A DNA stretch of 62,335 nt from a bacterium (GCA_021798015.1 JAJZYP010000001.1:1-62335); one strand, 5' to 3'. Counted from the stretch's first letter, positions 41,847 to 51,697 are shown. Numbers and translations are program-made. The notes: a model not told the origin generated them from the letters alone.

Positions 41847-43304
41847 TTACCATGTACCTGTCCTAAGATATTCATCTATGGAGACGGCAGCCTTTTTCCC
41901 AGCACCCATAGCCAGTATAACGGTTGCTGCGCCTGTTACAATATCGCCGCCGGCGAAAACGCCCTTTTTTGTGGTTCTTCCAGTATTTTCATCGGCAACT
42001 ATATAGCCCCATTTATTTAAATCCATCCCCGGCGTGGAATTTGGCACAATAGGGTTTGCATTGGTTCCAATCGCAATGACTGCGGCATCTATATTGGTTA
42101 CAAACTCCGACCCTTTAATTGGGATAGGCCTTCTTCTGCCGCTTTCATCCGGCTCTCCAAGCTCCATCCTTTGACATTCTACCCCAACTACATTCTGGTT
42201 TTCATCCCCTATAAATCTTACAGGATTTATCAAAAATTCAAATTTAATCCCCTCCTCCTCAGCATGATGTACTTCTTCAAGTCTTGCCGTCATCTCTTTT
42301 CTAGAGCGTCTATAAAAAATACGCGCATCTTCATATCCAAGTCTTAAACCTGTTCTTACCGCATCCATTGCGGTATTACCGGCGCCAAAAACAACGAGTG
42401 TTCTACCGCATTTAATCGGTGTATCGTATTCAGATTGATTATATGCGCGCATTAAATTAACCCTTGTAAGAAATTCGTTTGCCGAATAAACACCGTTCAG
42501 TTCTTCCCCCGGTATATTAAGAAATTTTGGCGTTCCGGCGCCGGTTCCGATAAAAACAGCATCATACCCCTTTTTTTCAAGGAGTTCATCTATGGTGAAA
42601 GTTTTTCCGACAACAGCATTCGTAAAAATCTCGACACCCATATCTTCCAGAACTTTTAGTTCCCTTAAAAGTATTTCCTTTGGCAGTCTGAATTCCGGAA
42701 TTCCGTACATCAAAACGCCTCCAATCTCATGAAGTCCTTCAAATATGGAAACACTATACCCCATTTTACATAAATCTCCTGCCACCGTCAAGCCTGCAGG
42801 TCCACCCCCTACGACAGCAACCTTTTTACTTTTGTCGCCTTTTACCGTAATATGAATATCACCGTATTTTGCCTCATAGTCGGCAGCAAATCTTTCTAAA
42901 TTACCTATCGCAACGGATGGAGTATCTTTTCTTCTGCCAACCACGCATAATTTTTCACATTGATCTTCCTGCGGACAAACCCTACCGCAAATTGCGGGAA
43001 GAGAGTTAGTCTCTTTAATCTTTTTAGCGGCAGCTAAAAAATCGCCTTTTTCAATAAGGTTTATAAAACCAAGGATATCAATATTTACAGGGCATCCTTT
43101 TACACATTCAGGCACTTCGCTTTTGCATTGAATACATCTTTTAGCCTCCTCTATCGCTTCTTCTGGAGAATATCCGTAGGGCACTTCTTTAAAGTTTCGC
43201 TTTCTTTCTTCGGGGAGCTGGGAAGCCATTTCATGTCTTTTAATTTTAAGACGCGCTTTTATGTCCAATATGTTGTCCTTGTTTAAATTTTTATCCTCAT
43301 CCAT
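41847..43304 (-). CDS. nfnB: GltD-family NADPH-dependent oxidoreductase, large subunit of an NfnAB/SudAB-type ferredoxin:NADP oxidoreductase
   Basis: 485 aa. It has N-terminal Fe-S cysteine clusters (CIQC...CVKGCP; CGRVCPQEDQCEKLC) and two dinucleotide folds (VAVVGGGPAGL; LVVFGAGNTAMD). It is paired with a PyrK-like small subunit immediately upstream. Confidence 0.8.
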   Translation of the reverse strand: MDEDKNLNKDNILDIKARLKIKRHEMASQLPEERKRNFKEVPYGYSPEEAIEEAKRCIQCKSEVPECVKGCPVNIDILGFINLIEKGDFLAAAKKIKETNSLPAICGRVCPQEDQCEKLCVVGRRKDTPSVAIGNLERFAADYEAKYGDIHITVKGDKSKKVAVVGGGPAGLTVAGDLCKMGYSVSIFEGLHEIGGVLMYGIPEFRLPKEILLRELKVLEDMGVEIFTNAVVGKTFTIDELLEKKGYDAVFIGTGAGTPKFLNIPGEELNGVYSANEFLTRVNLMRAYNQSEYDTPIKCGRTLVVFGAGNTAMDAVRTGLRLGYEDARIFYRRSRKEMTARLEEVHHAEEEGIKFEFLINPVRFIGDENQNVVGVECQRMELGEPDESGRRRPIPIKGSEFVTNIDAAVIAIGTNANPIVPNSTPGMDLNKWGYIVADENTGRTTKKGVFAGGDIVTGAATVILAMGAGKKAAVSIDEYLRTGTW

Positions 43305-43399
43305 TTTTGTTTATCTCACAATTTAAAATATTTAAAATTTAGATTCATCCAAGTTTAAAAATAAACAATAGTTATAATGTCATAATATTAAATGATAAT

Positions 43400-44239
43400 T
43401 TAACTATGATGATGTTCTTTCGTATGGCATTCATAAGATGCCCTTTCTTCCTCTTTATAAAACTTTAACCTATTCATTAGATTATCAAAATCAACTTTAT
43501 GACCGTCAAAATCAGGTCCATCTACACAAGCAAATTTAGTTTTCCCATCTACAAGCACTCTACAAGCGCCGCACATGCCTGTTCCATCAATCATGATCGG
43601 ATTTAAACTAACAATAGTCTTAATAGATTTATCCCTTGTCAAATCACTGACTGCCTTCATCATAATTACAGGTCCAATTGCGATAACCCTATTTATAGAT
43701 TCCTTTTTATCATATATAAGTTCTTTTAAAACATCCGTAACAATACCTTTTGTTCCGTAACTGCCATCGTTTGTCGCAATCAAAAGCTCCGTACTAACAC
43801 TCCTCATTTCATCTTCCATCAACAAAAGGTTCTTGCTTCTCGCGCCTATTATAGAAATAACTTTGTTTCCGCTCTCTTTTAAACCCTTAGCTATAGGATA
43901 AATTGCCGCTATGCCAAACCCTCCCCCAATACAAACAACAGTACCAAATTGTTCAATTTCCGTAGGAACACCAAGCGGACCAACCACATCTGCTAAATTA
44001 TCGCCTATGTTTGATTCACTGAGTATGTGTGTTGTCTTCCCCAGTGTTTGGACTAATATGGTGATAGTTCCGTCATTTTTATCGGTTTTTGCAATAGTAA
44101 TCGGTATTCTTTCTCCTTTTTCGTGAACCCTTAAGATTATAAATTGCCCAGGCAAAGCTTTCGAGGCAATATCGGGAGCCAAGATGTTATATAAATCAAT
44201 ACCTTCTCCCATACTTTTTCTGCCGACTATTTCGTACAT
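43400..44239 (-). CDS. nfnA: PyrK-like FAD/[2Fe-2S] subunit of an NfnAB/SudAB-type oxidoreductase
   Basis: 279 aa. It has a ferredoxin-reductase-type FAD/NAD fold (GQFIILRV, ERIPITIA, CIGGGFGIA) and a C-terminal cluster (CGACRV...FACVDGP). Confidence 0.75.
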   Translation of the reverse strand: MYEIVGRKSMGEGIDLYNILAPDIASKALPGQFIILRVHEKGERIPITIAKTDKNDGTITILVQTLGKTTHILSESNIGDNLADVVGPLGVPTEIEQFGTVVCIGGGFGIAAIYPIAKGLKESGNKVISIIGARSKNLLLMEDEMRSVSTELLIATNDGSYGTKGIVTDVLKELIYDKKESINRVIAIGPVIMMKAVSDLTRDKSIKTIVSLNPIMIDGTGMCGACRVLVDGKTKFACVDGPDFDGHKVDFDNLMNRLKFYKEEERASYECHTKEHHHS

Positions 44240-44265
44240 ATTAATCCCTCGTAAGACGAATATTT

Positions 44266-44340
44266 GGAGGCGGCACCCGGATTTGAACCGGGGTATAAAG
44301 GTTTTGCAGACCTCTGCCTTACCGCTTGGCTATGCCGCCT
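44266..44340 (-). tRNA. tRNA-Cys (anticodon GCA), with an encoded CCA
   Basis: The minus strand reads GGCGGCATAGCCAAGCGGTAAGGCAGAGGTCTGCAAAACCTTTATACCCCGGTTCAAATCCGGGTGCCGCCTCCA (75 nt). It folds as a cloverleaf with the anticodon loop CU-GCA-AA and the discriminator U typical of tRNA-Cys. Confidence 0.9.
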
Positions 44341-44438
44341 AAAATTAAAATATTATTAATATTATTACTTAATTAACCATGGATATGATACGGGATATTA
44401 TAACATTTTTATTTTTTTTATGAAATAAAAAATGTAGG

Positions 44439-45536
44439 TTACTTATACAAAAGAAGACTCTTACCTGATATTTTATTTTTAAAAACCTTTGGAGGTTTCT
44501 TTATTTTTTTTAAGGTTAACCCTACAGGTTTTGCATAAATAGAAAATGTCCCAACCCTGTTGAAAACGGTTTTTACTAAGGCAATTCCATTATGAAAAGA
44601 TTTAAAATCGAATACAGAACTTCTTTCTATTCCCAATTTGGAAATTAAAATAAGTTTTACTTCCCCTTTCATTTTATTAATGTCCCTAATGACATTATTG
44701 TATCTATCTACGGAAACAATCTTAATTATAAAGGGCTTACCGGCAGGAACCTTAGAAATATTAGTTGATATAAGAAACTTATTAAAAGCGGAAGGTTCTA
44801 TATCGATATTCCTGCTTATAAAAACATGGCTTTTCCCGTCATAACGGACTTCAAAATTAAGTTGACTTATACCTGCCCTGTCAGAAATAAAGTTAAAATC
44901 GCCTCTTCCATTTTTTATATAACCTGAAGGAATAACCTTCGGACGAATTTTAAAGTTATCACCGGTAAGGTAAACCTGTATATCCCCATTAGGCATAAAA
45001 TTAACGGGGTTGCCATATTGATCCGCCGCATATACTTTAACATTGAACGGATCCCCTGCGATAACTTTTGTGGGAGAAACTATTTTTAGGTCATGAAACG
45101 GACCAGACAACACCCTTATAGGCGAACTTGAATTCTTAACCCCTTCAAATGATGCGACTAAATTCACTTTCCCCGCCTTTTTATAAGAAAGATTAAAGTT
45201 GACCACCCCGTTTTTAAATTCGGAAGCCGGAATATTCAAATGTTCTATATAATAATTGCCGATAGTAACCCCGATAGTCAACCCTTCATATTTGGCGGCA
45301 AAATCAGTAATTACATTTCCATAATCATCTAATGCAACGATTTTAACTTTAAACTTTCTTCCCGCTATAACTTTATGAGGAACGTTTATTCTAAAGGTAT
45401 TTAACTTGCCGGGCATAATTGTAATAGTGGTAAAGGCAGATGCTTTGTTAAAAAAGAAACAACCAAATAAAAGTAAAACCGCCCCAAAAAATATCACCTT
45501 TTTAATAGAATTAACATTCATGATAGATTTCCTCAA
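44439..45536 (-). CDS. Secreted protein with three tandem modules of about 105 aa that look like bacterial Ig-like domains
   Basis: 365 aa with a signal peptide (…FNKASA|F). One pattern recurs three times: KVIAGRKFKVKIVALDDYGNVITDF, KVIAGDPFNVKVYAADQYGNPVNF and KVPAGKPFIIKIVSVDRYNNVIRD. Each is followed by an …F.NG…F……AG… segment. The fold assignment is an inference from this pattern. Confidence 0.5.
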   Translation of the reverse strand: MRKSIMNVNSIKKVIFFGAVLLLFGCFFFNKASAFTTITIMPGKLNTFRINVPHKVIAGRKFKVKIVALDDYGNVITDFAAKYEGLTIGVTIGNYYIEHLNIPASEFKNGVVNFNLSYKKAGKVNLVASFEGVKNSSSPIRVLSGPFHDLKIVSPTKVIAGDPFNVKVYAADQYGNPVNFMPNGDIQVYLTGDNFKIRPKVIPSGYIKNGRGDFNFISDRAGISQLNFEVRYDGKSHVFISRNIDIEPSAFNKFLISTNISKVPAGKPFIIKIVSVDRYNNVIRDINKMKGEVKLILISKLGIERSSVFDFKSFHNGIALVKTVFNRVGTFSIYAKPVGLTLKKIKKPPKVFKNKISGKSLLLYK

Positions 45537-45570
45537 TAAAATAATAGTGTAATAAAATCATAACATATAT

Positions 45571-46677
45571 TTATCGTCCTTTTTCGGCGATATTTAAATA
45601 ATATTTAATTTTATAATTTGAAGGATTTAACCTTAAGGATTGGCTAAAATAATGCCTTGCCTTTAAAAAATCACCATTACGCAAATAAACTAATCCTAAA
45701 ATAAAATTAATTTGCCATATATTTTTTTGCTTTAGCGCTTTTTTACCGTAAAATAAAGCATTATTGTAATCCTTTTTTTCATAATTATCAAGAGCTGCAT
45801 TTGACAAAGCCTGATAATTTGAAGGGTTTAGGGCTACAGCCTTTTTAAACATTTTAATGGCCATGTTATAGTTTTTTTGCACAAAAAATGAAACCCCTTT
45901 TTTGTTATAATAATTGGATTTTGTTAATTTTGTTTTATAAGTCAATTTTTCATAAATTTTGTTAGAAATCTTTTTTTTCGCAGTTTTAATTTTCTTTTTG
46001 TATTTTTTATTACTTATTTTAGGCAAATATTCCTTCTTTGATTTAATTTGTTTTATATGCTTTTTAGATATGGCAGGAGCTAAAAAAGGATTTATAATTC
46101 CAAATGTTTGCGGGGGCGGGGTTAGATTGAGTTTATATTTTAAAATATGCGTTAAGACATCCGTTTTTTTTATGGCATATACGGATAAATCCGAATAAAA
46201 TAAAATGTAATCTTTGTTTGTTTCGTTTTTAATCAAAAATTTATTTAATTGGATTTTATCATTATATTCTAATGTTTTTACAAATAAATAAATATTTTTG
46301 GGTTTCCCGTATCCGGAAATTTTAAAGGAATAGAGTTCTCTGTTTTTATGTTTCTTAAAATAGTTTAATTTTACGTAACTTAATTTTACGTAATATTCTT
46401 TCGATTCATCCAAAATTTTTGAAATAAAATATTGGTCATTTTCATTAAAAGAATATCCATATCTAAGGGTGGGAATTTCTATTTTTTTGATTTTGCTTAT
46501 CTTTTTGGCAATATTTTTTTGAATTATTTTTAAATAATTAACCTTCTTATCTATTTTTAAATTCATTTCTTTTTCTTTTTTAACGGCATTTAGAAAAAAC
46601 AAATAAAAAACAGAAATAGAAGCAACGAGGATTATTGCGAGAATATAATAAAAGAATTTTTTATTTTTTAGATTCAC
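45571..46677 (-). CDS. Membrane-anchored protein with a Lys-rich linker and C-terminal TPR repeats
   Basis: 368 aa. It has an N-terminal TM (FFYYILAIILVASISVFYLFFL), a low-complexity K-rich stretch (KKYKKKIKTAKKKISNK) and TPR-like repeats (YNKKGVSFFVQKNYNMAIKMFKKAVALNPSNYQALSNAA...). Confidence 0.6.
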   Translation of the reverse strand: MNLKNKKFFYYILAIILVASISVFYLFFLNAVKKEKEMNLKIDKKVNYLKIIQKNIAKKISKIKKIEIPTLRYGYSFNENDQYFISKILDESKEYYVKLSYVKLNYFKKHKNRELYSFKISGYGKPKNIYLFVKTLEYNDKIQLNKFLIKNETNKDYILFYSDLSVYAIKKTDVLTHILKYKLNLTPPPQTFGIINPFLAPAISKKHIKQIKSKKEYLPKISNKKYKKKIKTAKKKISNKIYEKLTYKTKLTKSNYYNKKGVSFFVQKNYNMAIKMFKKAVALNPSNYQALSNAALDNYEKKDYNNALFYGKKALKQKNIWQINFILGLVYLRNGDFLKARHYFSQSLRLNPSNYKIKYYLNIAEKGR

Positions 46678-46757
46678 AGGAGTATCAAATTTAATTTATT
46701 ATTTTTAAATTTTAATATACTTAATAATCTTTTAATATATTCAGGAATTTTAGTCAA

Positions 46758-47138
46758 TCAATTTTTATAATACGACGCCATCGAGGAAGGGGTTTCGTAA
46801 ACATTAACCCTTATTATTTTAATATTATTATTTTTATTTAGACCAATTATTTTTTCAAGTTCTTCATATATGTAACTTGCGATATTTTCTGCAGAAGGAT
46901 TCACTTTCTTAAAAAAATCGAGGTCGTTTATAAATTTATGATCAAGTGTTTCCATTATCTCGCCAAGATATTTTTTCAGTAATTTAAAATCTATAACTAA
47001 CCCTATTTCATTTAGTATATTAGAAGCAACTATAATTTCAACCTGCCAGTTATGCCCGTGGATATTTTCACATTTCCCATTATATTCCCTGAGCGCATGA
47101 GCAGAGGAGAAACTTGATAACACCTTTAATTCATACAT
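46758..47138 (-). CDS. queD: 6-carboxy-5,6,7,8-tetrahydropterin synthase QueD (PTPS family)
   Basis: 126 aa. Motifs FSSAHALREYNGKCENIHGHNW, LDHKFIND and VNVYETPSS. Confidence 0.85.
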   Translation of the reverse strand: MYELKVLSSFSSAHALREYNGKCENIHGHNWQVEIIVASNILNEIGLVIDFKLLKKYLGEIMETLDHKFINDLDFFKKVNPSAENIASYIYEELEKIIGLNKNNNIKIIRVNVYETPSSMASYYKN

Positions 47139-47180
47139 ATATTTATACGGATATTTTATGAAAACATTTAAATAAAATAA

Positions 47181-47780
47181 TTAATAATTATCGTTAATTT
47201 CGATATTTGCGCGTCTTCTCAGTCTATTAACCCAATCTTTTAATCTAGACAATAGTTCCCTGCTCTGTATTTTCTTGGTACTACTTGGAGTACTTATGCT
47301 CTTTTCGAAACTATACAAAAAAAAATGTAATCTTTCATGGATAAACTCCTTTTCAAGCAATATATTTTTTACATAGTCCACGAACATTATTTTGTTAAAC
47401 CCGTATGTTTTTAGAAATACCGAAAATAACATATTTTTATGTAACATTTTAAATTTCTTTTCGAAGCCTTTTATGTAAGCGTCTATCTGTCTTTCCGATA
47501 TTTTTACTGCCCCAAATTTTTTTTCCTGCCTTAAAATTAATAACCTGTTAATATAAACGTTCAAACTCTTTTTTAGACTGCTTTTTGAAAATCTATGGTT
47601 GAATTTATTGTATTTTAAATTATTAATCCGATTAAAATTGTTAAAAAAATATAATTCGTTCAGTGTTATAGGTATATTATCCACCGACCCCACAATTTCG
47701 TTTACTAAAAATCCGTAAGAATTTTTACTTAGAAAAATAAAAAATAATAAAAAAACGGTGCATGTTAATTTTTTATACAT
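47181..47780 (-). CDS. Hypothetical periplasmic protein, possibly a SurA N-terminal-domain-like chaperone
   Basis: 199 aa. It has a signal peptide and a helical, basic sequence with a weak resemblance to SurA_N/PpiD-type domains (VDNIPITLNEL...). No PPIase domain is present. The functional call is low confidence. Confidence 0.35.
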   Translation of the reverse strand: MYKKLTCTVFLLFFIFLSKNSYGFLVNEIVGSVDNIPITLNELYFFNNFNRINNLKYNKFNHRFSKSSLKKSLNVYINRLLILRQEKKFGAVKISERQIDAYIKGFEKKFKMLHKNMLFSVFLKTYGFNKIMFVDYVKNILLEKEFIHERLHFFLYSFEKSISTPSSTKKIQSRELLSRLKDWVNRLRRRANIEINDNY

Positions 47781-47824
47781 TTATTTTTATAGAAAATATT
47801 AATGATATAATATAAAATTTTAAT

Positions 47825-49105
47825 ATGAATAGTTTATCCATAATGATAACTTTGATAATAACTTTGATTTTAATATTATCATTATTTATATTTTTTTTAT
47901 ATATTTTTTTGTCAAAAAACAAAAATTTTATAACAAAAAATAGGATTAAAGAATATGAGGAACGGATAAACCATTATATATATATTTTAAATAAGTTAAA
48001 TGACGGATTAGCTATTATAGATAAAGATAAGAATATATTATTTGTGAATTCGGCTTTTAAAGATAATATAAGATCGGCTTCCTTTCCAAATAACATTAAA
48101 AAATTTGAACTTTTGATAAGAAATTTCGAGCTAAATAGACTTATCGATAATATAATTAACAAAGATGATATTGATTCTATCGAAAAAAAAATATCCTATT
48201 TCGATAAAGCTGACGAAAAAACTGTAAACTGCATAGTATTTAAAATTAAGAACACTAAAAAATATGCCATTATAGTAAGAAATATGACATATCTTCAAAA
48301 AATAGAAAATACAAGATCAACGTTCATTCAAAATATATCACATGAGGTTAAAACACCGATTACTGCCATAATGGGTTTTGTTGAAACCTTAAAAAACGGC
48401 GCCATGGATAATCATAACACAGGTATTAAATTTTTAGATATAATAGAACATCATACAAAAAGACTCAACTACCTTATCGATGACCTTATAACTCTGACTA
48501 AAATCGAGACAGGCAAATCGCCTGTAAAATCGGAAAAAATAAGCATTAAATCAACCATTGAACACTCCCTAATGTTATTCGAAAAAGAAATAAAAGAAAA
48601 CAAACTTGATATTAATAAAAATATCGAGGATGCTTTGTTTATCTCCGACCACTCAAAAATTAATCAGATTATAATAAATTTAATTCAAAATGCCGTAAAA
48701 TATACCGATAAGGGGGGTGTTATTAAAATCGAAAGTTCTATTATTTCCGCAATCACCGCTTATAATTTTATTTCCGAAATGGAAGACACATCTATTTTAT
48801 GGGATAATCTGCCTGGAAAAGGGGATTATAAAGAATTCTTTTTCTTTTCGATAGAAGATACTGGCATAGGTGTAAATTACACTAATCTTCTAAGATTGGG
48901 AGAAAGATTTTTCAGGGTAAACAGTTCTCATACCACTGAATATAAAGGAACAGGACTTGGACTCGCAATTATAAAGCATACGCTTAAACTCCTCAATGGC
49001 GCCGCCGTGCTTAAAAGTAGCCTGGGAAACGGCTTTATGTTTACTTTTATTATCCCTTTATCTCAAGATTTTACACAAAATTTATCGCAGGAACGGAACT
49101 TATAA
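47825..49105 (+). CDS. Sensor histidine kinase (TM-PAS-HisKA-HATPase_c, PhoR-like architecture) with no adjacent response regulator
   Basis: 426 aa. It has an N-terminal TM, a PAS-like segment (LNDGLAIIDKDKNILFVNSAF), the H-box SHEVKTPITAI, the N-box IINLIQNAVKYT, G1 EDTGIGV and G2 GTGLGLAIIK. Confidence 0.85.
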   Translation: MNSLSIMITLIITLILILSLFIFFLYIFLSKNKNFITKNRIKEYEERINHYIYILNKLNDGLAIIDKDKNILFVNSAFKDNIRSASFPNNIKKFELLIRNFELNRLIDNIINKDDIDSIEKKISYFDKADEKTVNCIVFKIKNTKKYAIIVRNMTYLQKIENTRSTFIQNISHEVKTPITAIMGFVETLKNGAMDNHNTGIKFLDIIEHHTKRLNYLIDDLITLTKIETGKSPVKSEKISIKSTIEHSLMLFEKEIKENKLDINKNIEDALFISDHSKINQIIINLIQNAVKYTDKGGVIKIESSIISAITAYNFISEMEDTSILWDNLPGKGDYKEFFFFSIEDTGIGVNYTNLLRLGERFFRVNSSHTTEYKGTGLGLAIIKHTLKLLNGAAVLKSSLGNGFMFTFIIPLSQDFTQNLSQERNL

Positions 49106-49943
49106 GTTTATTTTTATATAACAATTCATAATACAGCTTAAATCCGTTAATTTCTTCTTCCCCAAAATCAAAACTCAAACAGTTCGTCCAGTAATCAATA
49201 AGCTCCTCATAGGATATAAAATTATAATCATTATTTTTTAATATTGACAAAGCCGCCTCTTCAAAACCTTTAACCGCATTTTCTTTTGATTTCATAAGAT
49301 ATTTATAAAGAGTTTTTAATTCACTTTGTTTTCTATAATAAGAATCTTTTCTTATTATGAATAGTGCAAACACAAAAGGAAAACCGGTAAATTTATACCA
49401 CAAATCGGCAAGATCGTACGTAAAATAGCCTGTTTTGATTTGTTTTTTAAATTTTAACGCGTTATTGCCTATATGCAAAAGGATCTTATAATCCATTTTA
49501 TTAAATTCGGATTTAAATTCGAGATTATCACCTGACGGTAAAGTAATAAAATTAAATTTATTTATATCGAATTTATAAATTTCAATCAATAAAATCTTCA
49601 GTAAATTCAATGAAGTAAGGGTTTCAGGAGTTATATAGATAGTTTCGTTTTCTCTAAAATTTTCGATTGGCTTAGGAGAGAATAAATAAATACTTTTGAC
49701 TATTTTTTTTGAACTTATCGAAATATCACGAAATATTAAAGATGATTGATAATTTAGGATATAATAAAAAGAAGATGAAGGACTTATATCGATATTACCG
49801 GATTTTAGGCTATTATTCAAAAAAGCAGGGGTTCCATAAATAAATTTCAAGAAATTTAATTCGGAATGAATTTTCATTTCCTTTTTTAAATAATAATATA
49901 TAGGGAAAACATTGAGATAATTTATTTCTCCTATATAAATCAT
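49071..49943 (-). CDS. mqnA: MqnA/MqnD-family menaquinone (futalosine pathway) biosynthesis protein, probably chorismate dehydratase MqnA
   Basis: 290 aa. The N-terminus IYIGEINYLNVFPIYYYL is typical of the PF02621 family, and the fold looks like a periplasmic-binding-protein type. I cannot separate MqnA from MqnD by eye. Confidence 0.6.
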   Translation of the reverse strand: MIYIGEINYLNVFPIYYYLKKEMKIHSELNFLKFIYGTPAFLNNSLKSGNIDISPSSSFYYILNYQSSLIFRDISISSKKIVKSIYLFSPKPIENFRENETIYITPETLTSLNLLKILLIEIYKFDINKFNFITLPSGDNLEFKSEFNKMDYKILLHIGNNALKFKKQIKTGYFTYDLADLWYKFTGFPFVFALFIIRKDSYYRKQSELKTLYKYLMKSKENAVKGFEEAALSILKNNDYNFISYEELIDYWTNCLSFDFGEEEINGFKLYYELLYKNKLISSVPAINFV

Positions 49944-50599
49944 TTATCACTACCGGCGTATATTAATTCGGAAATAGATAACGATAAAAAATCGGGGTTA
50001 TATGATTTAAGTTCTTCATAAGAGTGGTTTCCCGATGCGACGCTAAAAATAGGAATGCCTGCATTTTTTGCAGTCATTATATCTATTGGAGAATCACCGA
50101 CTAATATCGTCTTTGATAAAGGGATATTTGTTTTTTCGACTATTTTTTCGATCATTGCCGGAGCAGGTTTTCCTTCAAGTCCGTCATATACTCCAAAAAT
50201 ATAATCGAATAAATTGCCAATTTCTAAATGTTCCAACAATTTCCTTGAAATCGAACCTGTTTTGTTTGTAGCCACATTTAAGGATTTCCCTTTTTTCTTT
50301 AAGTAAACTAAAAGTCCCTTTACTCCATCAATCAGCGAAGTTTTTTCAAAACAAACCTCTTTGTATCTATTCCTAAAAATCTCAATGGCTTTATCCTGAT
50401 TTTCTTTCCCAAAAAGCTCACCTAAAAGACCTTCAAGCGGAACGCCGACATAAGAGTTAGATTCTTTAAAAGTTATGGTTTTACCTTGAAATACAGAAAA
50501 AACTTCATCAAAAGCATCATTAATAGCTTCAAAAGAATCGATTAGCGTCCCGTCAAGATCAAAAATTATTGAATCAAATTTTTCTAAAATTTCAATCAT
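49940..50599 (-). CDS. HAD-superfamily phosphatase (phosphoglycolate phosphatase/PpaX-like)
   Basis: 219 aa. HAD motif I is IIFDLDGTLIDS, motif II VATNK and motif IV VGDSPIDIMTAKNAG. Confidence 0.75.
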   Translation of the reverse strand: MIEILEKFDSIIFDLDGTLIDSFEAINDAFDEVFSVFQGKTITFKESNSYVGVPLEGLLGELFGKENQDKAIEIFRNRYKEVCFEKTSLIDGVKGLLVYLKKKGKSLNVATNKTGSISRKLLEHLEIGNLFDYIFGVYDGLEGKPAPAMIEKIVEKTNIPLSKTILVGDSPIDIMTAKNAGIPIFSVASGNHSYEELKSYNPDFLSLSISELIYAGSDK

Positions 50600-50605
50600 A
50601 TGCTT

Positions 50606-51697
50606 TTACTCCTTTAAAAACCCTTTCATAAATTCGGCAGTTTCTTCAGGAATTGCGGTATTAATTGACATTCCTGTTCCAATTTCAAAACCTGCTTTCA
50701 TAGTAAGCCGCGGAATAATCCTCAAGCTCCAGTGATAATAATCCTCTTTTTCATCTGCTATGGGCGGATTATTGAAAACAAAATTATAATCCGGATCGTT
50801 TAGCGCATCGCGCATCCCTCTAAGAACCTTTTTAACAATAATGCCCAAAGCTTTGGTCTTCTCAACCGTTACAGAGGCAAAGCATGGCTCATGCGCGAGC
50901 GGCATTATCCATGTTTCAAACGGACTGGTAGAAGCAAATGGATGAAAGGCTATAAAATCATCGGTTTGCAGGATAATTCGCCTGCCATCAACAATCTCTC
51001 CCTGCATCATATCGCAAAAAATACACCTGCCTATCTCGTCATAATAAAATCTGGCTTGAGAAATGTTATTTCTTAATGTAAGCGGGATAACAGGGGTCGC
51101 AATTATCTGGGAATGGGAATGAATTATGGATGTTCCCGCATTAACTCCGTTATTCTTAAAAATTATAATATACCTAAACCTTGAATCCATACTCAGATCT
51201 AAATATCTATCCCTGTACATCAGAAATAGCTCTTGAACCTGTTTATCGGAAAAAAGGGGTATTATTTCATTGTGCTTCGGGGTATCTATAACCACTTCAT
51301 GAGCGCCAATTCCCGGTTTGGTTCGGAAAATCTCCGTAGCCTTAGGAAAAAAATAGCCTGTAAAATCGGCATTAAAAATTTTTGCACCCTCACGCAATAA
51401 AGGATTAGCTTCAGAACTTGCAGAAAGAGCAGCAAACTTATTCGGAATAACTCGAACCCACCAACCTTTTGAGTTAGGGTTTGTACCGGGCGTCCTGTAT
51501 GATTTAATCTCATTTGGAGAAAGATACTCATTCCCCGAACAAAATGGGCAATCCCCTGAATATTCGGGAAGTTTTGCAGTTATTTCTTTCCTGTTCGTAG
51601 ATGAAGAAAGGGCGTCAAACTCGTGAGGCCTTCTTCTTCTTTCCGTGGCAATAATAACCCATTCCCTTGTTGTTGGGTCCTGTCTTAATTCTGACAT
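50606..51697 (-). CDS. galT: GalT-type HIT-family nucleotidyltransferase (galactose-1-phosphate uridylyltransferase / ADP-glucose phosphorylase-like)
   Basis: 363 aa. It has the zinc-site motif CPFCSGNE and the active-site motif HSHSQI (H-x-H-x-Q), on a duplicated HIT-like fold. Confidence 0.8.
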   Translation of the reverse strand: MSELRQDPTTREWVIIATERRRRPHEFDALSSSTNRKEITAKLPEYSGDCPFCSGNEYLSPNEIKSYRTPGTNPNSKGWWVRVIPNKFAALSASSEANPLLREGAKIFNADFTGYFFPKATEIFRTKPGIGAHEVVIDTPKHNEIIPLFSDKQVQELFLMYRDRYLDLSMDSRFRYIIIFKNNGVNAGTSIIHSHSQIIATPVIPLTLRNNISQARFYYDEIGRCIFCDMMQGEIVDGRRIILQTDDFIAFHPFASTSPFETWIMPLAHEPCFASVTVEKTKALGIIVKKVLRGMRDALNDPDYNFVFNNPPIADEKEDYYHWSLRIIPRLTMKAGFEIGTGMSINTAIPEETAEFMKGFLKE

